From: an uncultured Gemmatimonadales bacterium
GTDB lineage: Bacteria > Gemmatimonadota > Gemmatimonadetes > Longimicrobiales > RSA9
Reading direction: 5' to 3'
Assembly (NCBI GenBank): GCA_963798085.1
Contig: CAWCRS010000007.1
Location: 1,248,001 to 1,312,000 of the forward strand
Length of the DNA: 64,000 bases
In this document: piece by piece, positions 9,108 to 18,708 of the stretch
Position numbering within the stretch: position 1 is the stretch's first letter
Layout of the letters: each line of letters starts with the position of its first letter
The notes under the pieces: generated by a model
What the model was told of the DNA's origin: nothing
What the model saw: the letters and a program-made list of their open reading frames with translations, nothing else
Databases searched by the model: none
Position numbers and translations under genes: made by a program

Positions 9108-10241
9108 GTGAAGGTGCCGCTGCTCGACCTGCGCGGACAGTACGCGCGGATCCGCGACGAAGTCGCCGCCGCCATGGCGCGGGTCGTGGAGTCGCAGCAC
9201 TTCATCCTGGGCAATGAAGTGCGCGCGTTCGAGGAGGAGATCGCCGCGTACTGCTCCCTGCCGCGCGCCATTGCCGTGTCCTCCGGAACCGACGCGCTGC
9301 TGGTGGCGCTGATGGCGCTGGGCGTCGGCCCCGGCAATGAGGTCGTGACCACACCGTTCTCCTTCTTTGCGACCGCCGGCGTCGTGGCCCGACTGGGCGC
9401 GCGCACGGTATTCGTCGACATCGAACCGGATTCCTTCAACATCAATGCGGCAGCACTGGGCGGCGCCATCACGAAGCAGACGCGCGCGGTTCTGCCCGTA
9501 CACCTGTACGGGCGCATGGCGGACATGGATGGCATCATGGCGGCGGCTGCGTTGGCGAACGTGCCTGTCGTGGAGGATGCGGCGCAGGCCATCGGCGCGG
9601 TCGATGCGCACGGTCGCATGGCCGGTACCACTGGCCTGTGCGGCTGCTTTTCGTTTTTCCCGACGAAGAACCTTGGTGCGTTCGGTGATGCCGGCCTGGT
9701 GGTCAGCGCTGACACCGCGTTTGCGCAGCGCGTCGAGCTGCTGCGCGTGCACGGAGGCGAGCGCCGCTACTACCATCGTATGGTGGGCGGCAATTTCCGC
9801 ATGGATGCACTGCAGGCCGCCGTGCTGCGCGCCAAGCTGCCGCACCTCGCGGCATGGACGGCGGCGCGGCGGGCCAATGCCGCGCGCTACCGCGCGCTGT
9901 TCGCTGCGGCCGGTCTCGAGGGCATGGTCAGCATTCCCGTGGATGTGCCCGGACACATCTACCACCAGTACGTGATCCGCGCGCAGCAGCGCGACGCACT
10001 GCGCGACTGGCTGGGGACGCAGGACATCGGCTCGGAAGTGTATTATCCATTGCCACTGCACCTGCAGGAATGCTTCGCCGATCTCGGCTACCGCGCCGGT
10101 GACTTTCCCGAATCGGAAAAGGCGGCGCAGGAAGTTCTCGCGCTCCCCATCTATCCCGAGCTGACCGGCGATCAGCTGGCATGGGTCGTCGACCGCATTG
10201 CCGCGTTCTACCACGGAGGCCGCGCCGGCGGGCTGCACTGA
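9108..10241 (+). CDS. DegT/DnrJ/EryC1/StrS family PLP-dependent aminotransferase
   Basis: SGTDAL, PVHLYG, EDAAQAIGA, SFFPTKNLGAFGDAG. Confidence 0.92.
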   Translation: MKVPLLDLRGQYARIRDEVAAAMARVVESQHFILGNEVRAFEEEIAAYCSLPRAIAVSSGTDALLVALMALGVGPGNEVVTTPFSFFATAGVVARLGARTVFVDIEPDSFNINAAALGGAITKQTRAVLPVHLYGRMADMDGIMAAAALANVPVVEDAAQAIGAVDAHGRMAGTTGLCGCFSFFPTKNLGAFGDAGLVVSADTAFAQRVELLRVHGGERRYYHRMVGGNFRMDALQAAVLRAKLPHLAAWTAARRANAARYRALFAAAGLEGMVSIPVDVPGHIYHQYVIRAQQRDALRDWLGTQDIGSEVYYPLPLHLQECFADLGYRAGDFPESEKAAQEVLALPIYPELTGDQLAWVVDRIAAFYHGGRAGGLH

Positions 10242-10248
10242 CGCCGCC

Positions 10249-10277
10249 TTTACAGTGTACGGCAGCATTCGTAGCTT
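10249..10277 (+). promoter_or_regulatory. Putative sigma70 promoter for the DAHP synthase gene
   Basis: TTTACA-17 nt-TAGCTT. Confidence 0.5.
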
Positions 10278-10331
10278 CGTTGAAGACGGGACCGGTGCGG
10301 CGTCGGGCCGCACCCGACGAGAGCGGGGACC

Positions 10332-11393
10332 ATGCTGGTAGTGATGAGGCACGGCGCGCCGGAAGAGAGTGTCCGGCGCGTTGTCAATGTGATCCGGGAG
10401 ATGGGCTACCAGGCCCGTGCCATGCCCGGCAAACAGCGCACGGCCATCGGTCTCATCGGCAACAATGGCAAGGTGGACAGCGGCCGCCTGGAAGCGCTGC
10501 CCAATGTGCTGCAGATCATCCACGTCACACAGCCCTACAAGCAGGTCTCACGCGAGTGGCGTGCTGAAGCGACCACCATCGAGCTGGAGAACGGCACGCT
10601 CATTGGCGGCAATGAAGTCGTCGTCATGGCGGGTCCGTGCTCGGTGGAGTCGGAGGAGCAGATCCTCACGGTCGCGCTGCGGCTGCGTGAGGCCGGCGCC
10701 ACCGTGCTGCGCGGCGGCGCCTTCAAGCCGCGCACATCGCCCTACGCCTTCCAGGGACTGGGCATTGAAGGCCTCAAGCTGCTGGCGCTGGCGAGGGCGG
10801 AAAGCGGACTCGCCATCGTCACGGAAGCGCTGGAGCCGGAGATGGTCAATGTCGTGGCCGAGTACACGGACATCATCCAGATCGGTGCGCGCAACATGCA
10901 GAACTATCCGCTGCTGCGGCGGGCCGGACGCACCGGCAAGCCCATCCTGCTCAAGCGCGGCCTCGCCGCGACCATTAACGAGCTGTTATTGAGCGCGGAG
11001 TACGTGCTGGCGGAAGGCAATGACAAGGTGATGCTGTGCGAGCGCGGTGTGCGCGGCTTCGACAGCGAGCACACGCGCAATCTGCTGGACCTCAGCGCCA
11101 TTCCCGTGGTGCACGCGCTGTCGCACCTGCCCATCATCGCGGACCCGAGTCACGGCACGGGCGTGCGCGCCAAGGTCACACCCATGGCGAGGGCCGCGGT
11201 GGCAGCCGGCGCGGATGGGCTGCTCATCGAAGTGCACCCCAATCCCGACCGCGCGCTTTCCGATGGCGCACAGTCACTTTATCCCGCGCAGTTCGAAGAG
11301 CTGATGGCGCAGGTAGGCATCATTGCGGAGGCCATTGGGCGCAAGCTCACGCGCTCGCTCGATCAGCGACTCGCCGCACCCCAGCCGCATTGA
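10332..11393 (+). CDS. aroF: 3-deoxy-7-phosphoheptulonate (DAHP) synthase, type I-beta with N-terminal regulatory domain
   Basis: [39 protein letters not shown]. Confidence 0.95.
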   Translation: MLVVMRHGAPEESVRRVVNVIREMGYQARAMPGKQRTAIGLIGNNGKVDSGRLEALPNVLQIIHVTQPYKQVSREWRAEATTIELENGTLIGGNEVVVMAGPCSVESEEQILTVALRLREAGATVLRGGAFKPRTSPYAFQGLGIEGLKLLALARAESGLAIVTEALEPEMVNVVAEYTDIIQIGARNMQNYPLLRRAGRTGKPILLKRGLAATINELLLSAEYVLAEGNDKVMLCERGVRGFDSEHTRNLLDLSAIPVVHALSHLPIIADPSHGTGVRAKVTPMARAAVAAGADGLLIEVHPNPDRALSDGAQSLYPAQFEELMAQVGIIAEAIGRKLTRSLDQRLAAPQPH

Positions 11394-11437
11394 GCACCGA
11401 ACCGGAACCGGCGGACACGTCGCGCGGCGTCGTCGCG

Positions 11438-11881
11438 CTATGTGAGCAGTCGTGTGTGCTCCACCATCGAGCAGCGGTCCTGCACCACGCGCATGCCGGC
11501 GCGCGCCAGCTGCTGCGCGACGTCATCGTTCCGGATCCCCAGCTGAAACCAGACCGCGGCCGGATGCGCGGCCAGCAGGTCATGCAGGTGCGGCGGTATG
11601 TCATGACTCCTGCGGAACACGACCACCAGGTCGATGGGCGGCGGCACCGCCACGAGTGAGCGGTACACGGGTTCGCCCAGAATCGTCGTGACGTCGGGGT
11701 AGTAGACGGGCACGGGAATCACGTGATAGCCAGCCTCCTGCAGATAATGCGGAACATAGAAGGCCGGCTTGCTCGCGCGGCTCTCGGGCTTGATGCCGAG
11801 AATGGCGACGCGATGGGCGGAACGCAGGATGTCCCGCATGCCCGCATCGTCTTCGATCAGGTTCGATTTCCACTCGTCCAT
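11438..11881 (-). CDS. CoA-binding protein (YccU-like)
   Basis: RVAILG..SKPAFYVPHYLQEAGY.VIPV, IDLVVVFRRS, VWFQLGI, VVQDRC. Confidence 0.88.
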   Translation of the reverse strand: MDEWKSNLIEDDAGMRDILRSAHRVAILGIKPESRASKPAFYVPHYLQEAGYHVIPVPVYYPDVTTILGEPVYRSLVAVPPPIDLVVVFRRSHDIPPHLHDLLAAHPAAVWFQLGIRNDDVAQQLARAGMRVVQDRCSMVEHTRLLT

Positions 11882-11920
11882 GCGCCTCCGTGCGGACGCC
11901 GCCTGCACCGTGCAATCCGC

Positions 11921-11949
11921 TTGACCCGTATGTGTGGCTCGGCTACGTT
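11921..11949 (+). promoter_or_regulatory. sigma70 promoter of the SRP RNA / dnaX operon
   Basis: TTGACC-17 nt-TACGTT, about 10 nt upstream of the SRP RNA stem. Confidence 0.65.
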
Positions 11950-11958
11950 AACGAGTGT

Positions 11959-12057
11959 TGCCCCAGGAACCGTAGGGCGCAAGCTCACGAACCCCGTCAG
12001 GACCCCGCAGGTAGCAGCGGTAAGTGCGGTGAGCGTCGCTACGGCACTCCTGGGGCA
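11959..12057 (+). ncRNA. ffs: Signal recognition particle RNA (small bacterial 4.5S type)
   Basis: Terminal stem tgccccagga/tcctggggca, ccgtag/ctacgg, gctcac/gtgagc; domain IV core GAACCCCGTCAGGACC-loop-GGTAGCAGCGGTAAG; lies directly upstream of dnaX. Confidence 0.92.
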
Positions 12058-12153
12058 TTTGATTGGCCCCGTGCCCGATCGCGATTCGCGTGACGCCGCA
12101 CGTGTCGTCTGAAGGCAGGCCCGAAACCGCCGTCCGAAAAGCCAGCTCCCCAC

Positions 12154-13884
12154 ATGTCCGAGAGTCGCGCCGCACTGGCCCGCACCTACCGCCCTCGCCG
12201 CTTCAGCGAGATGGCGACGCAGGCGCACGTTTCGGAGACACTGCGCGCGGCCGTGGCGCGCGGCCGGGTCGGACACGCCTACCTGTTCTGCGGACCGCGC
12301 GGCGTCGGCAAGACGACCGCAGCACGCGTGCTGGCGATGGCGCTCAACTGCCCGAACCGCAAAGCCGACGGCGAACCCTGCGGTGTGTGCGAATCGTGCG
12401 AACGCATCTGGGCGGGGCGCACGTCGCTCGATGTGGTCGAGATCGATGCCGCGTCCAACCGCGGTGTCGATGACGCACGCGATCTGCGCGAGCGCGCCAT
12501 GTACGCGCCGACCGACGATAAGCGCTTCAAGGTCTACATCATCGATGAAGCGCACATGCTCACGCGCGAAGCATGGAACGCGCTGCTCAAGATTCTCGAG
12601 GAACCGCCGCCCCGTGTGATCTTCGTGTTTGCCACCACGGAGCCGCAGAAGATCATGCAGACGGCATCGCCCATTCTGTCGCGCTGCCAGCGCTTCGATT
12701 TCCGCCGCATCCCGGTGCCCGCCATCATCGAGCGCCTGCGTATCGTGCTCGAGATCGAGCACATCGAAGCCGACGATGATGCGCTGCTGCCACTGGCGCG
12801 CCGCGCCGATGGCGGGCTGCGCGACGCGCTCTCGCTGATGGACCAGGTGCTGTCTTTCGCCGAGGGGCGCGTGACGGAAGCGCACGTGCGCACAGTGCTG
12901 GGTCTGATCGGGGACGAACTCTATCTCGAGCTGTTCGCCATTCTCGCTGATCGCCGCTACGGCAATGTGTTCCGCTTCGTGCAGCGACTGCTCGATGAAG
13001 GGTACGACCTGACAGAGTTTTATCGCGGACTCGCCGATACCCTGCGCACACTGCTGGCCACGCGCTTCGATGGCCAGCCGGGCGAAGAAACGCGCGAGGA
13101 TCTGCGGCCGGCATTCGTCGAGATGGCCGCCCGTTTCGGCAGCGGTGATCTGCTGCGCATGCTCGCGCTCGTGGCGGAACTCGATGTAGAAGGTCGCTTC
13201 CGCAAGAGCGGCAATCCGCGCACCATGCTCGAGGCGCTGCTGCTGCGCTTCGCGTACCTCGATCGCACGGTGGCGATCGAGGAGCTGCTCACAGCAGCTG
13301 GCGCAGGCGACGACTCCGCCTCGGGAACGCCGCCGGCGGCGCCCGCGCAGGGAAGCGCCCGCCGCGCTTCGCCAGCGGCGCCGGGCCGGCCCGCGAATCC
13401 GGCTGGCAGCGCACCGCGCACGTTTCCGGATCGCGCACCCGAAGGCACGTCGGAGCGGCGTCCGGATCCCTCCCCTGTCGCCCGCCCGGCCGGCAACGAG
13501 AATGATGCGCAGAAGGCGTTCCGCCGCGTCGTCGAACAGAGGAAAGGAATTCCCAACGGCATCCTGATCTTCCTGCACACGGCCAGCGTCAGCCTCGAAG
13601 GCAATGATCGCTTCGTGCTGGAGTTGCCCGAGGGGCCCGGCCTCGAGAGGCTCAACGCGGACCACGCCGCGAGGCATGCACTGGAAAGCGCCCTGTCAGA
13701 GGAAATGGGCCGACCCCTGCGTCTCGAGGTGCGCGCGCCAGGGACTGGGGCCGACGACGCGCCGGCCCGGCCCGAGCGGCTGACGCCGGAACGCATTCGC
13801 AGTGACCAGCTTTCCCGGCTGACCCGCGCCGAGCCCATGCTGGGGCGCGCCGTGGAAGCCTGGGACCTCGAGCTGTTCGAGTAG
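12154..13884 (+). CDS. dnaX: DNA polymerase III subunit gamma/tau
   Basis: LARTYRP, HAYLFCGPRGVGKTT, Cys zinc module, EIDAASNRGVD, IIDEAHML, SRCQ. Confidence 0.97.
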   Translation: MSESRAALARTYRPRRFSEMATQAHVSETLRAAVARGRVGHAYLFCGPRGVGKTTAARVLAMALNCPNRKADGEPCGVCESCERIWAGRTSLDVVEIDAASNRGVDDARDLRERAMYAPTDDKRFKVYIIDEAHMLTREAWNALLKILEEPPPRVIFVFATTEPQKIMQTASPILSRCQRFDFRRIPVPAIIERLRIVLEIEHIEADDDALLPLARRADGGLRDALSLMDQVLSFAEGRVTEAHVRTVLGLIGDELYLELFAILADRRYGNVFRFVQRLLDEGYDLTEFYRGLADTLRTLLATRFDGQPGEETREDLRPAFVEMAARFGSGDLLRMLALVAELDVEGRFRKSGNPRTMLEALLLRFAYLDRTVAIEELLTAAGAGDDSASGTPPAAPAQGSARRASPAAPGRPANPAGSAPRTFPDRAPEGTSERRPDPSPVARPAGNENDAQKAFRRVVEQRKGIPNGILIFLHTASVSLEGNDRFVLELPEGPGLERLNADHAARHALESALSEEMGRPLRLEVRAPGTGADDAPARPERLTPERIRSDQLSRLTRAEPMLGRAVEAWDLELFE

Positions 13885-13938
13885 CCACGGCGCATTCTGC
13901 CATTCCACCGCACGATCGCAGCGCCCAGCTTGCACGTC

Positions 13939-14298
13939 ATGGGCGCATCTCATGCATTCGGCACGTGGTGCGAGAGCGTAGCGGCCCGCTACCTGGCCGG
14001 ACATGGCTGGCGCATCCGCGAGCGCAATTACCGCTTCGGCCATCGTGAGATCGACCTGGTCGTGCAGCGCGGCGGGATCGTGGCGTTCGTGGAAGTGAAA
14101 GGCAGGCGGGGCGCGGGCTACGGACACCCGCTGGAGGCGATCACGTGGCGCAAGCGGCGCGAAATCGAAAGGGTCGCCCGCCACTGGATCGCGCGACACG
14201 ACCGGCCGGGACTGGTCTACCGCTTTGACGCAATCGCGGTAGTGCCGGGCCTCGGCGGGCCGGCGGTGGAGCACGTGGCGGACGCCTGGCGGCTGTAG
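13939..14298 (+). CDS. yraN: YraN (UPF0102) family nuclease
   Basis: G..CE..AARYL..G..I.ERNYR..EIDLV..FVEVK.R..RFDAIAV. Confidence 0.9.
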   Translation: MGASHAFGTWCESVAARYLAGHGWRIRERNYRFGHREIDLVVQRGGIVAFVEVKGRRGAGYGHPLEAITWRKRREIERVARHWIARHDRPGLVYRFDAIAVVPGLGGPAVEHVADAWRL

Positions 14299-14406
14299 AA
14301 AGCATGGCGCGGCCACGGTGCTGACAGTAGCGTCAGCAGGCGCGGCGAGGGCGCCGGAACCCGCGGAAGGGCGGGGGTAGAATGAGCCTGCGGTGGTCCG
14401 CGGAGC

Positions 14407-14436
14407 TTGCCCGGCCGAAAGCGTGTGCCGTAGCTT
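14407..14436 (+). promoter_or_regulatory. Possible internal sigma70 promoter for ybaB-recR-mglBA
   Basis: TTGCCC-18 nt-TAGCTT. Confidence 0.35.
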
Positions 14437-14469
14437 CATGCTCCGCGAGAACCTGGCGATCAATTCCAC

Positions 14470-14793
14470 ATGACAAACCTCCAGCAGCTCCTCCAGATGG
14501 GCCAGCAGGTCCAGGCCCGGCTCTCACAACTGCAGACCGAACTCGGCAACCGGACGATCACCTGCTCCGCAGGCGGCGGCATGGTGACGGTGGCGGCGGA
14601 TGGACGGGGTCGGGTGCGGTCCATCAAGATCGATAAGGCCGTGGTCGATCCTGAGGACGTCGAGATGCTCGAAGACCTCGTACAAGCAGCGGTTTCCGAG
14701 GCACAACAGCGGGCCCAGCAGGTCTACGAAGAGGAGATGAAGAAGCTGGCCGGCGGCCTGCCCATCCCCTTCGGACTGCCCGGGTTTCCGTGA
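14470..14793 (+). CDS. ybaB: YbaB/EbfC nucleoid-associated protein
   Basis: AGGGMVTV..DPEDVEMLEDLVQAA; lies between dnaX and recR. Confidence 0.93.
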   Translation: MTNLQQLLQMGQQVQARLSQLQTELGNRTITCSAGGGMVTVAADGRGRVRSIKIDKAVVDPEDVEMLEDLVQAAVSEAQQRAQQVYEEEMKKLAGGLPIPFGLPGFP

Positions 14794-15380
14794 GCGCAAT
14801 CGATGAACTGACGGGCGAGTTCGCTCGCCTGCCAGGCATCGGTCGCAAGACTGCGCTGCGTCTCACGTACTATCTGCTGAAAAGACCCCCGGAAGAGACC
14901 CGGCGACTGGCTCGAGCCCTCGTCAACGTGGCAGATCGCGTCCACGCGTGCTCGGTTTGCGGCAATCTCACGGAGACGGACCCGTGCGCACTGTGCGCGA
15001 GTTCGCGCCGCGATCGCTCACTGCTGTGCGTTGTGGAGGAAGCGTCCGATGTCGGCGCCATCGAGCGAACCGGCGCGTATCAGGGACTCTATCACGTGCT
15101 GGGCGGCCGGCTTTCGCCGCTGGAAGGTGTCGGGCCCGATGAACTGCGTGTTGCATCGCTGGCGCTGCGCGTTCGCGAGCAGGAAATACGCGAAGTGATC
15201 CTCGCGACCAACCCGAGCGTTGAAGGAGAGGCGACAGCAGTATACCTTCAGGGGCTGATTCAGCCTTTGGGGGCACGGGTCACTCGCCTTGCGCGCGGCA
15301 TGCCCGTGGGCAGCGACCTCGAATACACGGATGGCGTCACCATCGCCGAAGCCCTGGCCGGGCGGCGGGAGATCGGATAG
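14790..15380 (+). CDS. recR: Recombination mediator RecR
   Basis: LPGIGRKTA.RL, C4 zinc finger, YHVLGG.LSP, ATNPSVEGEAT, P.GSDLEY.D. Confidence 0.97.
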   Translation: MSAIDELTGEFARLPGIGRKTALRLTYYLLKRPPEETRRLARALVNVADRVHACSVCGNLTETDPCALCASSRRDRSLLCVVEEASDVGAIERTGAYQGLYHVLGGRLSPLEGVGPDELRVASLALRVREQEIREVILATNPSVEGEATAVYLQGLIQPLGARVTRLARGMPVGSDLEYTDGVTIAEALAGRREIG

Positions 15381-15387
15381 CGAGCGG

Positions 15388-15708
15388 ATGCGGCGGGGAC
15401 GGATCCTCAGAATCGCGGGTGTCGTGGTGATGGTTGCGGGTGCACTGGCCGGCTTGAGTGCACTCGTCGTCCGCGATCAGATCACGCGCCACCGCCGCGA
15501 CCTGTTCAGTCCGAGCGCGCGACAGCGCCTGGCGGCGCTCGGCTACATTGCCGGACTCACGGCCTCGGTCGAACTGGTTCACCTGCTGCGCGATTTCATC
15601 GCGTGGGAGCCGCGCAGTCTGCTGCGGCGACGTGCCCTGCAGATCGTCGAGCGCATGGAGCGCCAGCTCCAGCACAGTGCGGGTCCGCGCGCCGAGATCG
15701 CCGGATGA
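15388..15708 (+). CDS. Hypothetical protein: N-terminal TM helix plus HEAT-like helices
   Basis: Fills the recR-mglB gap with ATGA coupling to mglB; hydrophobic IAGVVVMVAGALAGLSALVV. Confidence 0.65.
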   Translation: MRRGRILRIAGVVVMVAGALAGLSALVVRDQITRHRRDLFSPSARQRLAALGYIAGLTASVELVHLLRDFIAWEPRSLLRRRALQIVERMERQLQHSAGPRAEIAG

Positions 15709-16202
15709 AGCGTGCCGAACCGATTGCATCGATCGGCGCGACGGATCTCGAGCACATCCAATCGCTCCTCACGTCGTACCTGAGGGAGACCCACGCACAG
15801 TGCACGGCGCTGGTCGATCACACGGGCCGGCTGCTGGCCGTGGTGGGCGACACGGGTGGCTTCGACCAGCTCGCGTTCGCTTCCCTCGCCGCCGCTGACT
15901 TTGCCGCGGGCGATCAGCTGGCGGCGCTGCTGGGTGAAACAGAATTCGCCTCGCTTTACCATCACGGTGAGCGGGAATCCATGTACCTTGCCGACGTGAA
16001 CGGAGCCGCCATACTCGTGGCCTTGTTCAATCGGCGAACCACACTGGGAATGGTGCGAATCAAGACGAAAGGTGCCGTGCTGCGGCTGGGTGTGCTGTTC
16101 CGTGAACTCGCCGAGCGCGGGCCAACAGGCGCCGTCGTGCAGATGGAAGTAGGCTGGGCCGAGGATGTAGAGAACGAGATCGACCGCCTTTTTACCGAGT
16201 AG
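15705..16202 (+). CDS. mglB: Roadblock/LC7 domain protein, MglB-type GTPase-activating protein
   Basis: [43 protein letters not shown]-terminal EIDRLF; directly upstream of mglA. Confidence 0.9.
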   Translation: MKRAEPIASIGATDLEHIQSLLTSYLRETHAQCTALVDHTGRLLAVVGDTGGFDQLAFASLAAADFAAGDQLAALLGETEFASLYHHGERESMYLADVNGAAILVALFNRRTTLGMVRIKTKGAVLRLGVLFRELAERGPTGAVVQMEVGWAEDVENEIDRLFTE

Positions 16203-16209
16203 GTGGCCG

Positions 16210-16791
16210 ATGTCAATGATCAACTACGCCAGTCGCGAGATCAACTGCAAACTCGTTTACTACGGCCCGGGCCTGGGCGGGAAAACCACTAACCTCGAGT
16301 ACATTTACGGCAAGATCAATCCGGACACGCGCGGCAAACTGATCTCGCTGGCGACAGAGCAGGAACGCACGCTGTTCTTCGACTTCCTGCCCGTCGACCT
16401 GGGATCCATCCGCGGCTTCAAGACGCGCTTCCACCTCTACACGGTGCCCGGTCAGGTGTACTACAACGCCAGCCGCCGCCTCATCCTGAAGGGCGTGGAT
16501 GGCATTGTGTTCGTCTCCGATTCGCAGGCCGAGCGCATGGACGCCAACATCGCGGCCATGGAGAACCTGTACGAGAATCTCGCAGATTACGGCTACGATC
16601 CGCGCCAGGTGCCGATCGCCGTGCAGTACAACAAGCGCGACCTGCCCACGGCCGTGCCGATTGAGGAAATGCGCGCGCACCTCAATCCCACGACGCAGCT
16701 TCCCGAATTCCAGGCGGTGGCCATTGCCGGTCGCGGCGTCTTCGATACGTTGAAAGCGATAAGCAAGCTGGTCCTGAAGTCCCTCTCCTGA
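16210..16791 (+). CDS. mglA: MglA small Ras-like GTPase
   Basis: [47 protein letters not shown]. Confidence 0.97.
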   Translation: MSMINYASREINCKLVYYGPGLGGKTTNLEYIYGKINPDTRGKLISLATEQERTLFFDFLPVDLGSIRGFKTRFHLYTVPGQVYYNASRRLILKGVDGIVFVSDSQAERMDANIAAMENLYENLADYGYDPRQVPIAVQYNKRDLPTAVPIEEMRAHLNPTTQLPEFQAVAIAGRGVFDTLKAISKLVLKSLS

Positions 16792-16800
16792 GGCTACCCG

Positions 16801-17442
16801 GTGCTTCGTCGCAGCACCCTGCCCAACGCGATCACCGTAGGGCGGATCATCCTGACGCCCGTGATAATGCTGCTGCTGTTCGCGCCCAGTTTTTCTGCGC
16901 GCTTCATCGCATGGCTGCTTTTCCTCGTGGCCGCTTTCTCCGACCTGTGGGATGGCTGGCTCGCCCGGAAACACGGCTGGATCTCTGATTTCGGCAAACT
17001 CGTCGACCCCATCGCGGACAAGCTGCTGCTGGTCGCTACGTTCATCCCATTCTACGTGCTGTCGCACGAAGCCTCACCCATTACGCGGCTGCCGCTGCTG
17101 CGCACCCTGCCGCTGGGCGTAGTGCTGCTCGTGTTCGGCCGCGAAGCACTGGTTACGCTGATCCGCTCGCTGGCCGCGCGACAGGGGCACGTCATGCCCG
17201 CGGGCAAGGCGGGCAAGATGAAGGCGCTCTTCCAGAACATCTTCATTGGAACGACGATCCTGTGGTATGCGCTGCGCACGGTCGCGGCGCGCGACGGATG
17301 GAGCGGCGCATTCTGGGACGGCTGGCAGATCTTCCACGGTACCGTGCTGCTCGTCACGCTCACGATTGCGGTGTGGCTGACGCTCTACTCGATGGGCGTC
17401 TACCTCTGGCAGTGGCGACGCGTGGTCCGCTCCGTGGTATGA
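16801..17442 (+). CDS. pgsA: CDP-diacylglycerol--glycerol-3-phosphate 3-phosphatidyltransferase
   Basis: LPN.IT..R, DLWDGWLARK....SDFGKLVDPIADK. Confidence 0.92.
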   Translation: MLRRSTLPNAITVGRIILTPVIMLLLFAPSFSARFIAWLLFLVAAFSDLWDGWLARKHGWISDFGKLVDPIADKLLLVATFIPFYVLSHEASPITRLPLLRTLPLGVVLLVFGREALVTLIRSLAARQGHVMPAGKAGKMKALFQNIFIGTTILWYALRTVAARDGWSGAFWDGWQIFHGTVLLVTLTIAVWLTLYSMGVYLWQWRRVVRSVV

Positions 17443-18708
17443 CGCCCCGGCGGGCCGCGATCGAAATCGTCGCGATCGGTGACGAGCTGCTGCTCGGCGA
17501 CACCATCGACACCAACGGTGCATGGCTGGGCCAGCGCCTCGCCGGCGAAGGCATTGTGGTCAGCCGGCGCACCATTACAGGCGACAACGATGCTTCGATC
17601 CGCGACGCGGTTTCCGCCGCGCTGCAGCGCACGTCCGCCGTCGTCTGCTGCGGCGGTCTCGGTCCCACACCCGACGATCGCACCCGGCCGGTGATCGCGG
17701 CACTCTACGACTGGCCGCTCGCCGTCGACGAAGCATGGGTGGAGACGATACGCCAGCGCTTCGAAGCGCGCGGCATGACCATGCCGCAGGTGAACCGCGT
17801 GCAGGCTGAAGTGCCGCGCGGCGCCACGCTGCTCGCGAATGCGGTGGGTACCGCGCCGGGACTGCTGCTCGATGACGAAGCGCACGGCCTGACCATCCTC
17901 CTGCCGGGCGTACCCGGTGAATTGCGCTGGCTGACAGAGCATCACGTGATTCCGCAGCTGCTGCAGCGGTTGCCGCGGGCGCGCGGACGCGTGCTGCGGC
18001 GGGTGCTGCGTACGACGGGCATCGCGGAATCCGCACTGTCGGAGCGCATCCAGGATGTGGCCAGCGATCTCGCACCGCTGACACTCGCGTTCCTGCCCAT
18101 GGGCACGGGCATTGATCTGCGTGTAACGAGCTGGGGCGATCTGGATGAGGATGCAGCGAACGCCGCACTGGATCGCGCGGCGGCGGCGCTGCGCGAACGA
18201 CTGGGCCGCATCGTGTACGCGGAAGCGGACCAGGACATGGCGGCCGTGGTGGGCAATGCGCTGCGTGTGCGCGGTCTCACCGTTGCACTGGCGGAGAGCT
18301 GCACGGGTGGACTCGTGGCCAAACGGCTCACGGACATCGCCGGTTCCTCCGACTACGTGCTGGCCGGCATTGCGACGTATGCGAATGCTGCGAAAACGAA
18401 GCTGCTCGGTGTTCCCGAAGCCACACTGCGCGAACATGGAGCGGTCAGTGAGGCGACGGCCGCGGCAATGCTCGCGGGTGTGCGCCGCGTCACCGGTGCC
18501 GATTGCGCCATCTCGATCACGGGCGTAGCCGGGCCTGGCGGCGGCACACCGGAGAAGCCCGTGGGCACGGTGTGGGTGGGCACGGCAGTACGCGAGCGGA
18601 CGAAGGTTCGACTGCTCCGGCTGTTCGGTACGCGCATGGAGATTCGCGAGCGCGCGGCACAGCTGTCGCTCAAGAATGCTGCTCGACCTGCTGGCAGAGG
18701 AAGAATGA
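17439..18708 (+). CDS. cinA: Competence/damage-inducible protein CinA (MoCF-like + NMN deamidase PncC); +1 insertion near 18674 removes its stop
   Basis: IGDELL.G..DTN, GGLGPT.DD, LPGVP.E, AESCTGG, GAVSE, SITGVAGPGGG..EKPVG; removing one A gives ...KMLLDLLAEEE-stop at 18706-18708. Confidence 0.9.

Noticed and set aside
13200..13600. Programmed gamma/tau frameshift or slippage site in dnaX
   Set aside because: No A-AAA-AAG heptamer or long A run is visible
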